The translations under genes were made by a program, and so were the position numbers. DNA of 64,000 nt from Eledone cirrhosa. Taxonomy: Eukaryota. The stretch covers positions 35,030,001 through 35,094,000 of the forward strand of contig OZ024759.1 of NCBI GenBank assembly GCA_964016885.1. The letters are read 5' to 3'. The notes beneath the pieces are model-generated. The model ran no database searches. It had not been told where the DNA came from and saw only the letters and a program-made list of their open reading frames with translations. The first letter of the stretch is position 1; every line of letters begins with the position of its first letter. Of the stretch, positions 1-14,026 are shown in pieces.

Positions 1-549
1 TAATTTAGACATGGCCTGGGCCAATACTGGCCGAAAGCTATCAAAGTGATATATATATGTATATCCAGGTTCAATCGAGGGTAATGAGACTGCAGTATTT
101 GTAATGTATCCAGTGAATGAAATGAAATATTTTCAATTTCTTATTTCAAGATCTAATGTCAGCGAAGACTCACCAATTGTGAGTTAATTCACTTTTTTGT
201 GGTGGTTTTGATGGAGGAGATGGTGGTATTGTCAGTGGTGGTGGTGGTGGTGGTGTTGTTGTCAATGGTGGTGGTGATGATAGAGGTGTTGATGGTGGTT
301 AGTGATCTTGTTAATGGTGGATGTGTTGATGGTGTTGGTAGAGGTGGTGTTGATGGTAGAATGATGATGGTGTTGGTGGTAGAGGTAATGGTGTTGATGG
401 TGATGGTAGATATGATGGTGTTGTTAGTGGAGGTGGTGTTGATGGGAGATATAATGGTGTTGTTGGTAGATGTGATGGTAGAGGAGAAGAAAAACAGACA
501 TGGAGCTGGAAGTGAGTGTAATTTAAAAAAAAAAAAAAAAACGAAAACG

Positions 550-961
550 ACTCCATGGTAAATATTATTCTACATGTGCCACCATGTTGGAGTAGAAGAA
601 GACAAGTTTTGTGACATTACTCCATGGTAAATGTTCTACATGTTCCACCATGTTGGAGTAGAAGAAAAGTCTTGTGACATTACTCCATGGTAAATGTTGT
701 TCTACATGTTCCACCATGTTGGAGTAGAAGAAGACAAGTCTTGTGACATTACTCCATGGTAAATGTTATTCTACATGTTCCACCATGTTGGAGTAGAAGA
801 AAAGTCTTGTGACATTACTCCATGGTAAATGTTCTACATGTTCCACCATGTTGGAGTAGAAGAAGACACAAGTCTTGTGACATTACTCCATGGTAAATGT
901 TGTTCTTGTTGTTCAACATGTTCCACCATGTTGGAGTAGAAGACACAAGTCTTGTGACATT
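550..961. repeat. Minisatellite, ~63-70 bp unit, ~6 copies
   Basis: ACTCCATGGTAAATGTT..CTACATGTTCCACCATGTTGGAGTAGAAGAAGACAAGTCTTGTGACATT recurs head-to-tail with small indels. Confidence 0.95.
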
Positions 962-1089
962 CTCTTGTTTTCACAAATTATTTTCTCTCTCAACATAATA
1001 ACCACAACTGCAAAACAAAAACAAAACCAAAACCTCCATAAACCGTGGCTTGCAAAGTTGTTTTCTCACATTTTTTTTTACATAAGACA

Positions 1090-1090
1090 A

Positions 1091-1124
<34 letters not shown>

Positions 1125-1304
1125 TACAACAACCTCTCTCTCTTTCTTTACAATATCCTCTCTTTATCTCTTTCTCTCTCCTTACAGCACCTCTTTATCT
1201 ACATGTCTCTCTTTCTCTCCTTACAAGACCTCTTTATATGCTGCTCTCTATGTATATATCCCTCACTCTCTCTTTTTCTCTCTATATCTCTCTCACTCTA
1301 TTTT

Positions 1305-1398
<94 letters not shown>

Positions 1399-1413
1399 AA
1401 CATATATATATAT

Positions 1414-1454
<41 letters not shown>

Positions 1455-1530
1455 TATATATATATACACATATTTATACCTACACACATATATATACATA
1501 CATATATATATATATATATATACACACACA

Positions 1531-1563
<33 letters not shown>

Positions 1564-1765
1564 CTATCCCCCTCTCTCTCACTCTCCAACTACCTTCAAT
1601 TATATTGACCATATATGGTAGTGTTAATAGATGAGTATTGTAGTGTTTGTATTTAATTATTTATTTTTTTGATATATTATATTGGTTGTTTATTTGATCT
1701 CCCCCCTCTATATACACAGATGGACATTGCCTGTTGTGTGTATATGCCTGTTGTGTGTATATAGT

Positions 1766-1799
<34 letters not shown>

Positions 1800-2520
1800 T
1801 ATATATACACATATATATATAATCATATATGCATGCATATATACACACACATATATACATATAACATATATACACATATATAAACACACACATATATACA
1901 TATATAACACACATATATATATAAACACACACACACACACACACATATATATACATATATATATATAAACACATATACATATATAACACACATATACATA
2001 TATATATAAACACATATACACATATATATAAACATATATATACATATATAACACACATACACATATATATACACACACATACACATCTCTTATAATTTAT
2101 CTGTCTCACTGAGTAGATATATATATATACATATACACATATATATTCACACACATACACATCTCTTATAATTTATCTGTCTCACTGAGTAGATATATAT
2201 ATATATACATATACACATATATATTCACACACATACACATCTCTTATAATTTATCTATCTCACTGAGTATATATATATATACATATATACACTGAGGGAG
2301 GGAGAAAGAAAGAGATGTCTGTGTCTCTCTCTCTCTCTCTCTGTCACCTGTCTGTCTCTCTCTTTAATTACTTCATGCTGTCTTAACTAGGTCATCATGT
2401 ATGATAATACCACACACACACACACATACATATTGTCACACAATAATTGAACCAACACACATATATATACATACACATTATCACATATATATATATATAT
2501 ACATACTATCACACAATTGA
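1090..2520. repeat. Compound (CT)n/(TA)n/(CA)n microsatellite field with a ~75 bp duplication at 2076-2270
   Basis: Direct reading; explains the YI/SL/HT ORFs. Confidence 0.95.
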
Positions 2521-3162
2521 ACCAACACACATATATATACATACACATTATCACACAATTGAACGGGGTGTATTTTGTTAGAGATGCCTACTGGCTGGAG
2601 TAGGTTTTACTATATATTTAGGTAAGGCGGGTCTTCTCTGTTACTGAGTACCGCCAAAGGTCTCGGTCCAGTGACATTGTCTTGGAGAGGTGTAAGTGTG
2701 TGATATATATATATATATATATACACATATTATCACACACATTACACATACTATTACACAATTGAACCAACAACACATACATACTCACACTATAACCAAA
2801 CCACACACATACATATACATACACACAATTTGACAATAAACAAACCAACCAACCATCTACACACATACATACATACACATACTATCACACACAACCAAAC
2901 TGACCACACACATACACACCCATTCATAATAACCAAACCAGAACAACCACACACACACATACACGCAATAACCAGACCACACACACACGTTCATACGCAC
3001 ATACACAGAGTTATGTGATAAAGAAAGACTAGATGTCTTTCAAAAACCATCACAGAAACCTTGTAAAGATACTATAAACATTTGAATTAACAAACCACAA
3101 GACATTCTTGGTAAGTACAAGACAGCGCCATGGCTGTATGACATTAAATATTAAAGTCTTTA

Positions 3163-3356
3163 TGGTGGATTGGCAGTATATCGGTAGAGGGTCGGACGCC
3201 ATGCTTTGTTGCAGCACAGAGTTACGGCCCTTTATGGTCTGAGTTCAAATCCTGTCGAGGTTAACTTTGCCTTTCATCCTTACGGGGTCGATAAAATAAA
3301 GTACCAGTAATGCACTGGGATAATTACTGGCCTTGTGCCAAAAGTAGAAAACAATT
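3163..3356 (+). mobile_element. tRNA-derived SINE, family A (full length)
   Basis: A-box-like TGGCAGTATATCGG, B-box GAGTTCAAATCC, body GCCTTTCATCCTTACGGGGTCGATAAAATAAAGTACCAG, tail GGCCTTGTGCCAAAAGTAGAAA; about 10 copies in the window. Confidence 0.85.
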
Positions 3357-3388
3357 AAATATTAAAGTCTTTATTTCAGTTTACTGTC

Positions 3389-3708
3389 GAGGAGCGTGGC
3401 TTAGTGCGTAAGGCTTTCGGTTCACGATCGTAAGGTGATGAGTTCGATACCTGGACTGGGCGGTGCATTGTGTCCTTAAGCAATACGTTTTTTTTATTTC
3501 ATGTTTCTCCAGTTTCACACACCTGACAGTGTGGTCACACTGAATCTCCCTGAGAAATACATTATTGATGCAGGTGTCTGTAGAATACTCCAGTCACTTA
3601 ACTTACCGGTTAATTTCTTTTTCTTTTTTTATATATAAACAAACAAGCAAGTTCCGTTGCTTGAGTCAACTGAAACGCTCTTCGTCGATAACGACGGAGG
3701 TCCAACAT
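3389..3708 (+). mobile_element. tRNA-derived SINE, family B
   Basis: GGAGCGTGGCTTAGTG A box, GAGTTCGATACC B box, TTGTGTCCTTAAGCAA core shared with other SINEs here. Confidence 0.75.
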
Positions 3709-4085
3709 AGACTTTAGTTTTTAGTTTTAGTTTACTGCAAATTTTCCACAGCTATCTGTCCATTAGTAGAGAGTTCTAAATATTTGAATTAACCCGGTTT
3801 TTAGATATTTTTTGCTAAATCATTACAGGATGTTAAGAGTTAAGCCAGGGGAGGAGAGAGAAGGTAGAAAGTTATTTTAAAGTGTTTACGTGAAAAACCA
3901 TTCAGATGGCTTTTTTTATTTAGTTTAGTTTAGTTTAGTTTATTTTAGTTTATTCGACGAGGGAGGGGGAATTAGTGTGTGTGAGAGAGGGAGAGAGTGA
4001 GCCTGAGGCAGAGAGAAAGAGAAAGCCAGAGAATTTTATTTTATTTTATTTTATTTTAGTTATTCGACGTGGGAGGGGGGAATTA

Positions 4086-4119
<34 letters not shown>

Positions 4120-4204
4120 CTGGGGGGGGGGGGTCAGAGAGAGAGAAATCCAGAGAGCTGAGGTAAAGAGGTAGGAAGTTATGAATGAGAGCCGGAGGGG
4201 AGAG

Positions 4205-4442
4205 AGAGAGAAAGAGATGATAGATATTAGAGGGGTGAGAGACCACGGAGAAGAAGTTAAGCTTGGGAGACTGAGGAACGGAGAGAGAGAAAGATGATAG
4301 ATATTAGAAGGGTGAGAGACCTCGGAGAGGAAGTTAAGCTTGGGAGACTGAGGAACGGAGAGAGAGAAAGATGATAGATATTAGAAGGGTGAGAGACCTC
4401 GGAGAGGAAGTTAAGCTTGGGAGACTGAGGAACGGAGAGAGA
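4205..4442. repeat. 77-bp tandem repeat, ~3 copies
   Basis: AAGATGATAGATATTAG..GGTGAGAGAC..AAGTTAAGCTTGGGAGACTGAGGAACGG repeated (period 4291 to 4368). Confidence 0.9.
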
Positions 4443-5036
4443 AGGCTTTAATGAAGGCCAAGGTGAAGGTTAAATTCAGGGGAGAGAAGTGTTTTGGAAT
4501 GTTTACAAATCTCACCAGCTCCAAGCAATCTCTCAATAACACCACTCCTTAATTCTTCCAAGAACCTTTCGTAATGGCAGCACTCACAAATACATTTTTT
4601 CAATCTATTAACGAAGTTTATCAAGGTGCAGACATGGCTGTGTGGTTTTGAGATCAAGTCATACTTCGTGATACCTGGGGCCAGTGTCTTCCATTATATA
4701 GCCTCTGGTTGACCACTGCTTTGTGGGGTTTGGGTTTTGGTAGGCAGAAACTGCAGAAACCAGTTATTTTTGATATTTTTTTAAAACTTCCTTTCCTAAG
4801 CTTCTCACACTACTACTACGTGTATCTGTTCTCTCCTTATCCGTACTTTCCTGAAGAAAGACTTCTGTCCGAAACGTTGAACCACTTCCACCAAGCGTGA
4901 ACCTAATATAACTGTAAAATTGCCTCCTGTATTTTGTTTGTTTCATATATATATATAATATTAATTCAAAATATTAACAAAATAGATATTCTTGTGATCA
5001 ATTATATTTTATTATACATATTTCAGAGGTACATTT

Positions 5037-5103
5037 TATTTTATCTGATGAGGACGTACTGTTGAACTTAACTCAGTACCTCTGAAATATGTATAATAAA
5101 ATA
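5037..5103 (+). ncRNA. Type I hammerhead ribozyme motif (slightly decayed), Penelope-like remnant
   Basis: Stem I TATTTTAT/ATAAAATA; CTGATGA 5045-5051; stem II GGACGTACTG..CAGTACCTCT; GAAA 5084-5087; TATGTA; UA. An inverted partial copy lies at 4957-5032. Confidence 0.7.
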
Positions 5104-5229
5104 TAATTGATCACAAGAATATCTATTTTGAATTAATATTAATAACTCTGGAAAACATATTTTGTTGAGTGCTTCCAACCTATTGTAAAACTCATTCTTT
5201 GATGTATTCATTGAACCTTGTTTAATTCT

Positions 5230-5291
<62 letters not shown>

Positions 5292-5530
5292 TTCTCTATA
5301 TCCACTCTGCTTCTTCTCACATAGAGTATTCTCCTGGTTTGTTGGTCTCCTCGGTCTCAGTAATGAGTCTTGTTATTCTGGAGTTTCACCATCCTTTGAT
5401 GAAAGACTAAAGTCCGAAACGTTAGGTCCTTCACAGTTCATCAACAATTGGACGAATGGAACTTCTTCTATAGATTAATCCTTGGCGAGAACGATATTAC
5501 TTAGGGACGCCATCTATTTACCATGTTATG

Positions 5531-5819
5531 AGTGTCCCAAAATATATATACACACTTTAACTGCATTCTAATAAATTGTTTCTACTTTTGGCACAAGGCC
5601 ATCAATTATCCCAGTGTATTACTGGTACTTTATTTTATCGACCCCGTAAGGGTGAAAGGCAAAGATAACCTCGGCGGGATTTGAACTCAGACCGTAAATG
5701 GCCGCAACTCTATGCTGCAAAGCATGGCGTCCGACCCTCTACCGATATACTGCCAATCCACAATAAATATTGCCTGTACAGGTAATCAAAGTGTGCATAC
5801 ATTTTTTTGGTGGGACACC

Positions 5820-5823
<4 letters not shown>
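5531..5823. mobile_element. Tc1/mariner-type MITE interrupted by a family A SINE (5574-5762, minus strand)
   Basis: Ends GAGTGTCCCAAAA..TACACACTT and AAGTGTGCATACATTTT..GGGACACCCTG match the uninterrupted copy at 47455-47555. Confidence 0.7.
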
Positions 5824-5860
<37 letters not shown>

Positions 5861-6040
5861 TGTTGGTGAGCCAGCAGCTTAGAGATGTGTGTGTATCATC
5901 ATCATCATTATGTCAGTACTACTGCAATGTAGGTCAGACTCGTAGTCGTGAAGAGGAGGTGGGAGAAGGTTATGTGTAGGCTACTGATTAAGGAAGAAAG
6001 CCGAATGCTTCTAGTTTATATAAACACTAGCATTATATAT

Positions 6041-6226
6041 TGGATTTGGCAGTATCGGTAGAGGGTCGGACGCCATGCTTTGGCGCATAGAGTTACGGCC
6101 CTTGCCATTCTGAGTTCAAATCCGGCCGAGTTTAACTTTGCCTTTCATCCTTACGAGGTCGATAAAATAAAGTACCAGTAATGCACTGAGTAATTGCTGG
6201 CCTTGTGCCAAAAAGTAGAAACAATT
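6041..6226 (+). mobile_element. SINE family A
   Basis: Near-identical to 3163-3356. Confidence 0.85.
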
Positions 6227-6780
6227 ATATATATGTATATATATATATATTGAGTACGTATATGTGTATATAAGCATATATATGCTTACATACACATGTA
6301 CGTACTCAACACGTTAGTAGAATATAGGTATCTTTATTTTAAAATAGAAATGATTTCTACATGACTAGAACTGTTTCATTCGTAAGAGATCAGTCCTGTA
6401 GAAGTCATGGCCTCAAATCTTTTATATATAATGTAGGTTATACCGTGAATTACCGGTTGTGGTATCCAAACAAGCACTCTATGCACAGGCATATATATAT
6501 ATATACACACATAAGTCGCATCTGATTTTAACATACATTTAGATTTACCACGTTTTGAAGTTACCCTTTTCGTCGGCCCAGCAGATAAGTCGCGCGCTGG
6601 TTTTTCACGTTGTATTTGCAAGGAAAATGGGCGACGTGCGACTTATACACTACTATATACCGTTTATCTGTGGAAGTTCATTAAAACAGCTAAGTATCAT
6701 TTTGTAGTGACTATGTGAATTTTGCTTGTGTTGTTTATATGTAGAGAACGTGTAGTGTGTGTGTATATATATATATATAT

Positions 6781-6813
6781 ATAATGTTGACCCAATGTTT
6801 ACATACACACGCC

Positions 6814-6863
<50 letters not shown>

Positions 6864-7113
6864 GTTGACCCAATGTTTACATACACACGCCTGTGTATAT
6901 ATATATATATATAATGTTGACCCAATGTTTACATACACACGCCTGTGTATATATATATATATAATGTTGACCCAATGTTTACATACACACGCCTGTGTGT
7001 ATATATATATATATATATAATGTTGACCCAATGTTTACATACACACGCCTGTGTATATATATATATATATATAATGTTGACCCAATGTTTACATACACAC
7101 GCGTGTGTGTGTG

Positions 7114-7145
<32 letters not shown>

Positions 7146-7168
7146 AGTGTAAACATTGGGTCAAATAT
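6781..7168. repeat. Six copies of a ~35-bp unit separated by variable (TA)n, closed by one inverted copy
   Basis: ATAATGTTGACCCAATGTTTACATACACACGC at 6781, 6858, 6911, 6961, 7016, 7071; GTAAACATTGGGTCAA at ~7149. Confidence 0.9.
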
Positions 7169-7737
7169 ACACACACATATATATACACATACACACAGTC
7201 TATCAGTGAGAAGCCATATTTGTTGAGAGAGAGAGAGAGAGAGATAGAGAAAAAGAGTTTTAAGATAATGAATGGAAGTTTAGTGAAAGACTAAAAGACC
7301 TTTCACCTTTCCCCCTTCCCTTTCGCTCTCCTCCACCTACCGAGTCTATCTCTCTATCTATCTTCCCCTCCCTCTATATCTTTCCCTCTCCTCTATAATT
7401 CTATCTTCCCCTCCCTCTCTCTCTATATATATCTATCTTCCCCTCCCTCTTCCTATATATCTAACTTCCCTCCCTCTTCCTATTTATCTATCTTCTCTCC
7501 CTCTCCCTATTTATCTATCTTCTCGTCCCTTTCTCCCTCTCTATATCTATCTATCTTCTCGTCCCTTTCTCCCCTCTCTCTATATATATATATCTCCCCC
7601 CCCCCCCCTCCCTCTCTCTCTACACTAGTCAGCTCTGTTTAATATCTTTCCAAGCCTGTCAGCGGTGCAGGTTGACATAAACACATTTTCTAGATTAGAT
7701 TGAGCTCGGTGCTTGCTTACGTCTCTCTCTCTCTATG

Positions 7738-7770
<33 letters not shown>

Positions 7771-7863
7771 ATATATATATATATATATACATATATATAT
7801 TGTATATATACATATATATATATGTGTGTGTGTGTGTATATATATATATATACATATATATAT

Positions 7864-7910
<47 letters not shown>

Positions 7911-8292
7911 ATATATGTACACACACATACATATGTATGTATTTGCATGTCTATATGTGTGTATGTGTGTATTTTGCTCGTATCAGCTATGTCAGATCAA
8001 ACATACATACACACACACGTACTTATACACATACATACACACACACACACACGTACTTATACACATACATACACACACGTACACGTACATATACACACAC
8101 TAGGTGAAATAGTTTTTAAACCTTGAAAGTACGGTTGTTTTACTTAAGAACCCAAGATCGAAATAGAATTTAACATTTCCTCAAATATTTTTTACTTTTC
8201 TTTTCTTAGCACACCGACATTATAACTAACATTATATACACAGTGTATGTATGTATAAATATACACATACACACATATATATGTGTGTATAG

Positions 8293-8323
<31 letters not shown>

Positions 8324-8384
8324 GCTAAATTAAGACTCTTGTTACTCAGGACTATATATATCTGTATGTGTGTGTGTGTATATA

Positions 8385-8464
<80 letters not shown>

Positions 8465-8488
8465 TAAGAGATGATTCTTGTTACTCAG

Positions 8489-8562
<74 letters not shown>

Positions 8563-9060
8563 TGTGTGTGTATGTGTTTCCCCCAAAATGTATACATATT
8601 TATTAGAATGCTGTTGAAGTGTATATACATTTTTGGGGACACCCTGTGTATGTGTATGTATATATATATATATACACACACACATATATATACATGTGTG
8701 TGTAAAACTGTTGTTAAACCTCCAGGTCAGCTCTGATCCAGCAGACATTCCAGACGCCATTGTATTGTGACGTCACTATTGCTGTTCCTGTTAAGATTTA
8801 ACTAGTGTTGTTGCTGTTATGACGTCCCTGATGTCATCTCTGTTAGGACGTCGCTAGTGTCGTTGCTGTTATGACCTCCCTGGTGTCACCACTGTTATGA
8901 CATCACTAATGTTGTAGTTGTTTTTGTGACGTCGCTATTGTTGTTATGACTTCACTAATATCGCCATTGTTATGATTACACTCGTGTCACCACTATTATG
9001 ACCTCACAAGTGTCAAGGTTGTGAAGACACCACTAGTGTCATTGCTGTTATAACCTCCCT

Positions 9061-9793
9061 AGTTATTACTTATCACCTCCCTGGTGTTGTGACGTCACTA
9101 AAGTTATTACTATCACCTCCCTGGTGTTGTGACGTCACTAAAGTCATTACTATCACCTCCCTGGTGTTATGACGCCACTAAAGTCATTACTATCACCTCC
9201 CTGGTGTTATGACGTCACTAAAGTTATTACTATGGCCTCCCTGGTGTTATGACGTCACTAAAGTTATTACTATGGCCTCCCTGGTGTTATGACGTCACTA
9301 AAGTTATTACTATGGCCTCCCTGGTGTTATGACGTCACTAAAGTTATTACTATGGCCTCCCTGGTATTATGACGTCACTAAAGTTATTACTATGGCCTCC
9401 CTGGTGTTATGACGTCACTAAAGTTATTACTATGGCCTCCCTGGTGTTATGACGCCACTAAAGTTATTACTATGGCCTCCCTGGTGTTATGACGCCACTA
9501 AAGTTATTACTATGAGCTCCCTGGTGTTATGACGCCACTAAAGTTATTACTATGACCTCCCTGGTGTTATGACGTCACTAAAGTTATTACTATGCGCTCC
9601 CTGGTGTTATGACGTCACTAAAGTTATTACTATGAGCTCCCTGGTGTTATGACGCCACTAAAGTTATTACTATGACCGCCCTGGTGTTATGACGTCACTA
9701 AAGTTATTACTATGAGCTCCCTGGTGTTATGACGCCACTAAAGTTATTACTATGACCGCCCTGGTGTTATGACGCCACTAAAGTTATTACTGT
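9061..9793. repeat. 40-bp minisatellite, 18 copies, 11 with a perfect TGACGTCA (CRE)
   Basis: AAGTTATTACTATGGCCTCCCTGGTGTTATGACG(T/C)CACTA with exact 40-bp period; a diverged precursor lies at 8765-9060. Confidence 0.97.
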
Positions 9794-9944
9794 ATTGGTA
9801 TGTAGTAGTGTTAGCTGAGATAATTACTTAGGTTTGATTAATAAATATGTTAGTCACGCCATCTTGGTCATGTGATGTGTGAGATTTATTGTTTTTCTAA
9901 ATGAAGAATAGGAAATGGGAAAATTAGGTTGGCAATTGCTGTAT

Positions 9945-10560
9945 CTTGTTGTTGGTGTTGTTGTTGTGGTAGTGATGGAGGTGGTGTTGATTGTAGTAGT
10001 GATGGAGGTGATAGTGGTTGTTAACGTTGCGGTGGCAACAATGGTAGTGGTAGTGGTAGTTGTGATGGTTATGGTGGTGACAGTGGTGGTGCTAGTGATG
10101 GAGGTAATAGTGGTCGTCAATGTTGTGGTGGTGATGGGGATGGGGGTTGTTATCGTTGTGGTGGTGGTTGTGGTGATGGTGGTGGTGGTGGTGGTAACAA
10201 TGGTGGTGTTGGTGGTTACTGTAGTGTTGGTGACAATGATGATGGTGGTGGTGGTTGTGATGGTAGTGTTGGTGACAGTGGTGAGGTGGTGGTAGTGTTG
10301 GTGGTGGTGGTGACTGGTGAGGTGGTGGTAGTGTTGGTGGTGGTGGTGACTGTAGTGTTGGTGGTGGTGGTAGTGTTGGTGACTAGTGGTGAGGTGGCTG
10401 TAGTGTTGGTGGTGGTGGTAGTGTTGGTGACTGGTGGTGAGGTGGCTGTAGTGGTGGTGGTAGTGTTGGTGACTAGTGGTAAGGTGGCTGTAGTGGTGGT
10501 GGTGGTAGTGTTGGTGACTAGTGGTGAGGTGGTTGTGACTGGTGGTGTTGGTAGCAGTGT
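9945..10560. repeat. Degenerate (GGT)n tract
   Basis: Trinucleotide low complexity; gives the poly-V/T/H ORFs. Confidence 0.9.
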
Positions 10561-10685
10561 TAGTTGTGTGGAAGTATTTATGAATGAGTGAATGTAATTT
10601 ATCTGTCACTTTTCACTTGGAGTACATGTCACCCTAGCTCTACTGTCATAGTTTTCTTCCCCTGAGATACGATTATATTCTAGAT

Positions 10686-11101
10686 CATAAGTCATCAACC
10701 CCTGGCCTGCGAAGGTTATTGTCTGGCCCACCAACAGGTTTCAATCTTAAGCTAAGCAATCCCTGAAAAAGTGCTCTGAATTATTTTATATTAGGATACC
10801 AACTAGAGAACACAAGACTCACTTAGCTGGACGTCATTTTTTGCATGACAGTAACAAACAGGCAAGAACAAGTATCTCATTAAACAATTTACCATTCCTG
10901 TCTGTATTTTATTTGTAGTAAGGAATGTCATTAAAGTAATATCAGATGTAATTTATTGTTCTTCTTTAAATCCTGGTATTAAGGTAACCTCCTGGACAGT
11001 CTGAGGTAGAGTAAATTTATTATATTTTGACATCATGACCTGCCGACAAGACACTACGTAGCTATGTGGTCCACACACTCCCCAAAAGTTGCCAACCCCT
11101 G
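10686..11101. mobile_element. hAT (Charlie-like) non-autonomous element
   Basis: Right end GTTGCCAACCCCTG, decayed left end CATAAGTCATCAACC, 8-bp flanks TTCTAGAT/TTCTAAAC fitting the NTCTAGAN target. Confidence 0.6.
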
Positions 11102-11144
11102 TTCTAAACTTTGCTGATTGAGACATCTACAGTTCACACTCAGA

Positions 11145-11412
11145 GGTTGGTAACTAAGATAGTAACTTAAGGTTCTTACATAAAATTACATTGGAAGATT
11201 TTAATTCAAAATGGGGGACTTTATTTCATAGAACCAGAGCTGGTTTGGGCCGGGTTTGTATGAAATTATTAATCATTTCATTACTAAGATAGTAAATTAA
11301 TGCAAGGTTCTTATATAAAATTACATTGGAAAATTTTAATTTAAAATGGGGGACTTTATTTCATAGAACAAGAGCTGGTTTGGGCCGGGTTGGTAACTAA
11401 AGAAAGGGTTAA
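11145..11412 (-). mobile_element. TTAA-ended MITE family 2 fragment with internal duplication
   Basis: Ends in AAAGGGTTAA; body is the reverse complement of 37050-37400. Confidence 0.65.
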
Positions 11413-11706
11413 AGATTATGAAAGCTTGCGATATAATATATTTTACAGACACGCAAGGAAAGAATTCAGTAAAACAGAATTATTATCAACTTCACATGAA
11501 AATAAAGAATCAGTAATTTAGATGTTAATTAAAAAAACTTGACTGGAAATTGAAACAGTTTATTTGTTTGTTTGTTTATTTGTTTTGTAGAATGTATTAA
11601 ACTAAACCAGAAAAGTAATATGGGCGGACCGATAATTTAATAAAAGCTTTGATAAGTACCGACAACAAACTAGTAATTGGAGCTTGTTTGTGTGTGGTGG
11701 TGGTGT

Positions 11707-11741
<35 letters not shown>

Positions 11742-12223
11742 ATATTTGGGGAGGGTCATGTTATGATATTGCCAGAAATATATAGTGGAACACACTGTTT
11801 GGTTTGGGTGTGTTTATGTGTGGTGTATATACAGGATGTCCCCCGAAAATGTATACACACTTCAACAGCATTCTAATCAAAGTGTTTGTGTATGTGTGTG
11901 TATATATACACACATACACATTTATGTTAAGTGGTCCACCACTGGACAGAACTGGTCATTCCGTGATGTAATAGGAGGAAAAACAATCTACGTTACGCAG
12001 CTCATCCAATGTTTTAATCAAACCTATCTCTCTCATCTGATCTGATTGTTTTTTTCGTTGCTTTGGTATTATGTGGCTAGGCTGCAATTTTCAATTTGTC
12101 AAGCTATCTAACATATGTTATTACTCTAAGGTGACACAACCTTATCCAGTGCTTTGCTGCACATTCCTATTTTGTATATTGTTAGCTTGGCCACAGCCAA
12201 AACTTCGATTTTACTAAACTTCC

Positions 12224-12257
<34 letters not shown>

Positions 12258-12658
12258 TCATCATCATCATCATCATCATTTTACGTCTGCTTTTCCCTGC
12301 TTGCAAGGGTGGGACGGGAACTGATTCTGGCTTGATTTCTACAGCTGGATGCCCTTCCTAACACCAACCTCATTTACAGTGTGTGCTGTATATAGAGGGA
12401 TTGTAACGTCAAGTTACTGTTGGTCCACCAAAGTGAGAAACACCTGATGGTGTAGTCTCCAGTTTGTCATTATGCCAACAGAAGTCTGATGAGTTTTTTG
12501 ATTCCAGAGTCGGGTCAGATCGATACAGATCAAACCTTGAGCTGATCACTCACGAAATGAGCATCACACCTACTACTACTGCTGCTACTACTACCACTAC
12601 TACTACTACTTATAAAACTAACTGAAATATTCCATTAATATAACCCCCCCCCCTTCTC

Positions 12659-12700
<42 letters not shown>

Positions 12701-13244
12701 AAATTGTTTCTACTTTTGGCACAAGGCCAGCAATAACTCAGTACATTACTGGTACTTTATTTTATCGACCCCGTAAGGATGAAAGGCAAAGTAAACCTCG
12801 GCGGGATTATTATATGTATATATAATACAATATATATATATATACGTAATATATTATATTATATTATATTCTGCAAGTGCAAGCATTTTTTTTTATTATT
12901 ATTAAATTGGATTTCTTCGAAATGGTGAGATGGTGGGGGGGGGGGGGTAATGAAACAAGACTAAAGTAAATAAATAAAATAGACTAAAACTAATATGGAC
13001 TGATAAAAAACAAACAATATAAAGTAATATAAAATAGTATAAACTAATATAGAAAGTAATATAAAATAGTATAAACTAATATAGAAAGTAATATAAAATG
13101 GTATAAGAGGAATATGATGTGAAATTCTGGGTAAATTCCCCGAAATATCAATGGAACTAATTGAAACAGTGAAAGGGATGGAGGTTTGTTTGTTTTGTTT
13201 CTACCCCCCCCCCCCCTCCTCCAGTGTGTTTGGTAAAGGTCAAA

Positions 13245-13973
13245 GTATGTGTGTATGTGTGTGGTTTTATATATGTGTGTGTGTGGTTTTATATATGTGT
13301 GTGTATGTGTGGTTTTATATATATGTGTGTGTGTGTGTGGTTTTATATATGTGTGTGTGTGGTTTTATATATGTGTGTGTGGTTTTATATATGTGTGTGT
13401 GGTTTTATATGTGTGTGTGTGTGTGGTTTTATATATGTGTGTGTGTGTGGTTTTATATATATGTGTGTGTGTGTGTGGTTTTATATATGTGTGTGTGGTT
13501 TTATATATGTGTGTGTGGTTTTATATGTGTGTGTGTGTGTGGTTTTATATATATGTGTGTGTGTGTGTGGTTTTATATATGTGTGTGTGGTTTTATATAT
13601 GTGTGTATGTGTGTGGTTTTATATGTGTGTGTGTGTGTGGTTTTATATATATGTGTGTGTGTGTGTGGTTTTATATATGTGTGTGTGGTTTTATATATGT
13701 GTGTATGTGTGTGGTTTTATATGTGTGTGTGTGTGTGTGTGGTTTTATATATATGTGTGTGTGTGTGTGTGGTTTTATATATGTGTGTGTGTGTGTGGTT
13801 TTATGTGTATGTGTGTATCTATGGTTGTATGTGTGTATGTGTGGTTGTATATATGTGTGTGTGTGTGTGTGGTTTTATGTGTATGTGTGTATCTATGGTT
13901 GTATGTGTGTGTGTGTGGTTGTATATATGGGTGTATGTGGTTGTATGAATGTGTGAATGTATGTTTGTATCTG

Positions 13974-14026
<53 letters not shown>

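Noticed and set aside
4448-4657. 69-aa minus-strand ORF
   Set aside because: No recognisable domain or clear splice sites; the end overlaps a SINE fragment
6781-7110. CRISPR-like repeat/spacer pattern (also considered for 550-961 and 9061-9793)
   Set aside because: Spacers are only (TA)n or absent, there are no cas genes, and the context is eukaryotic
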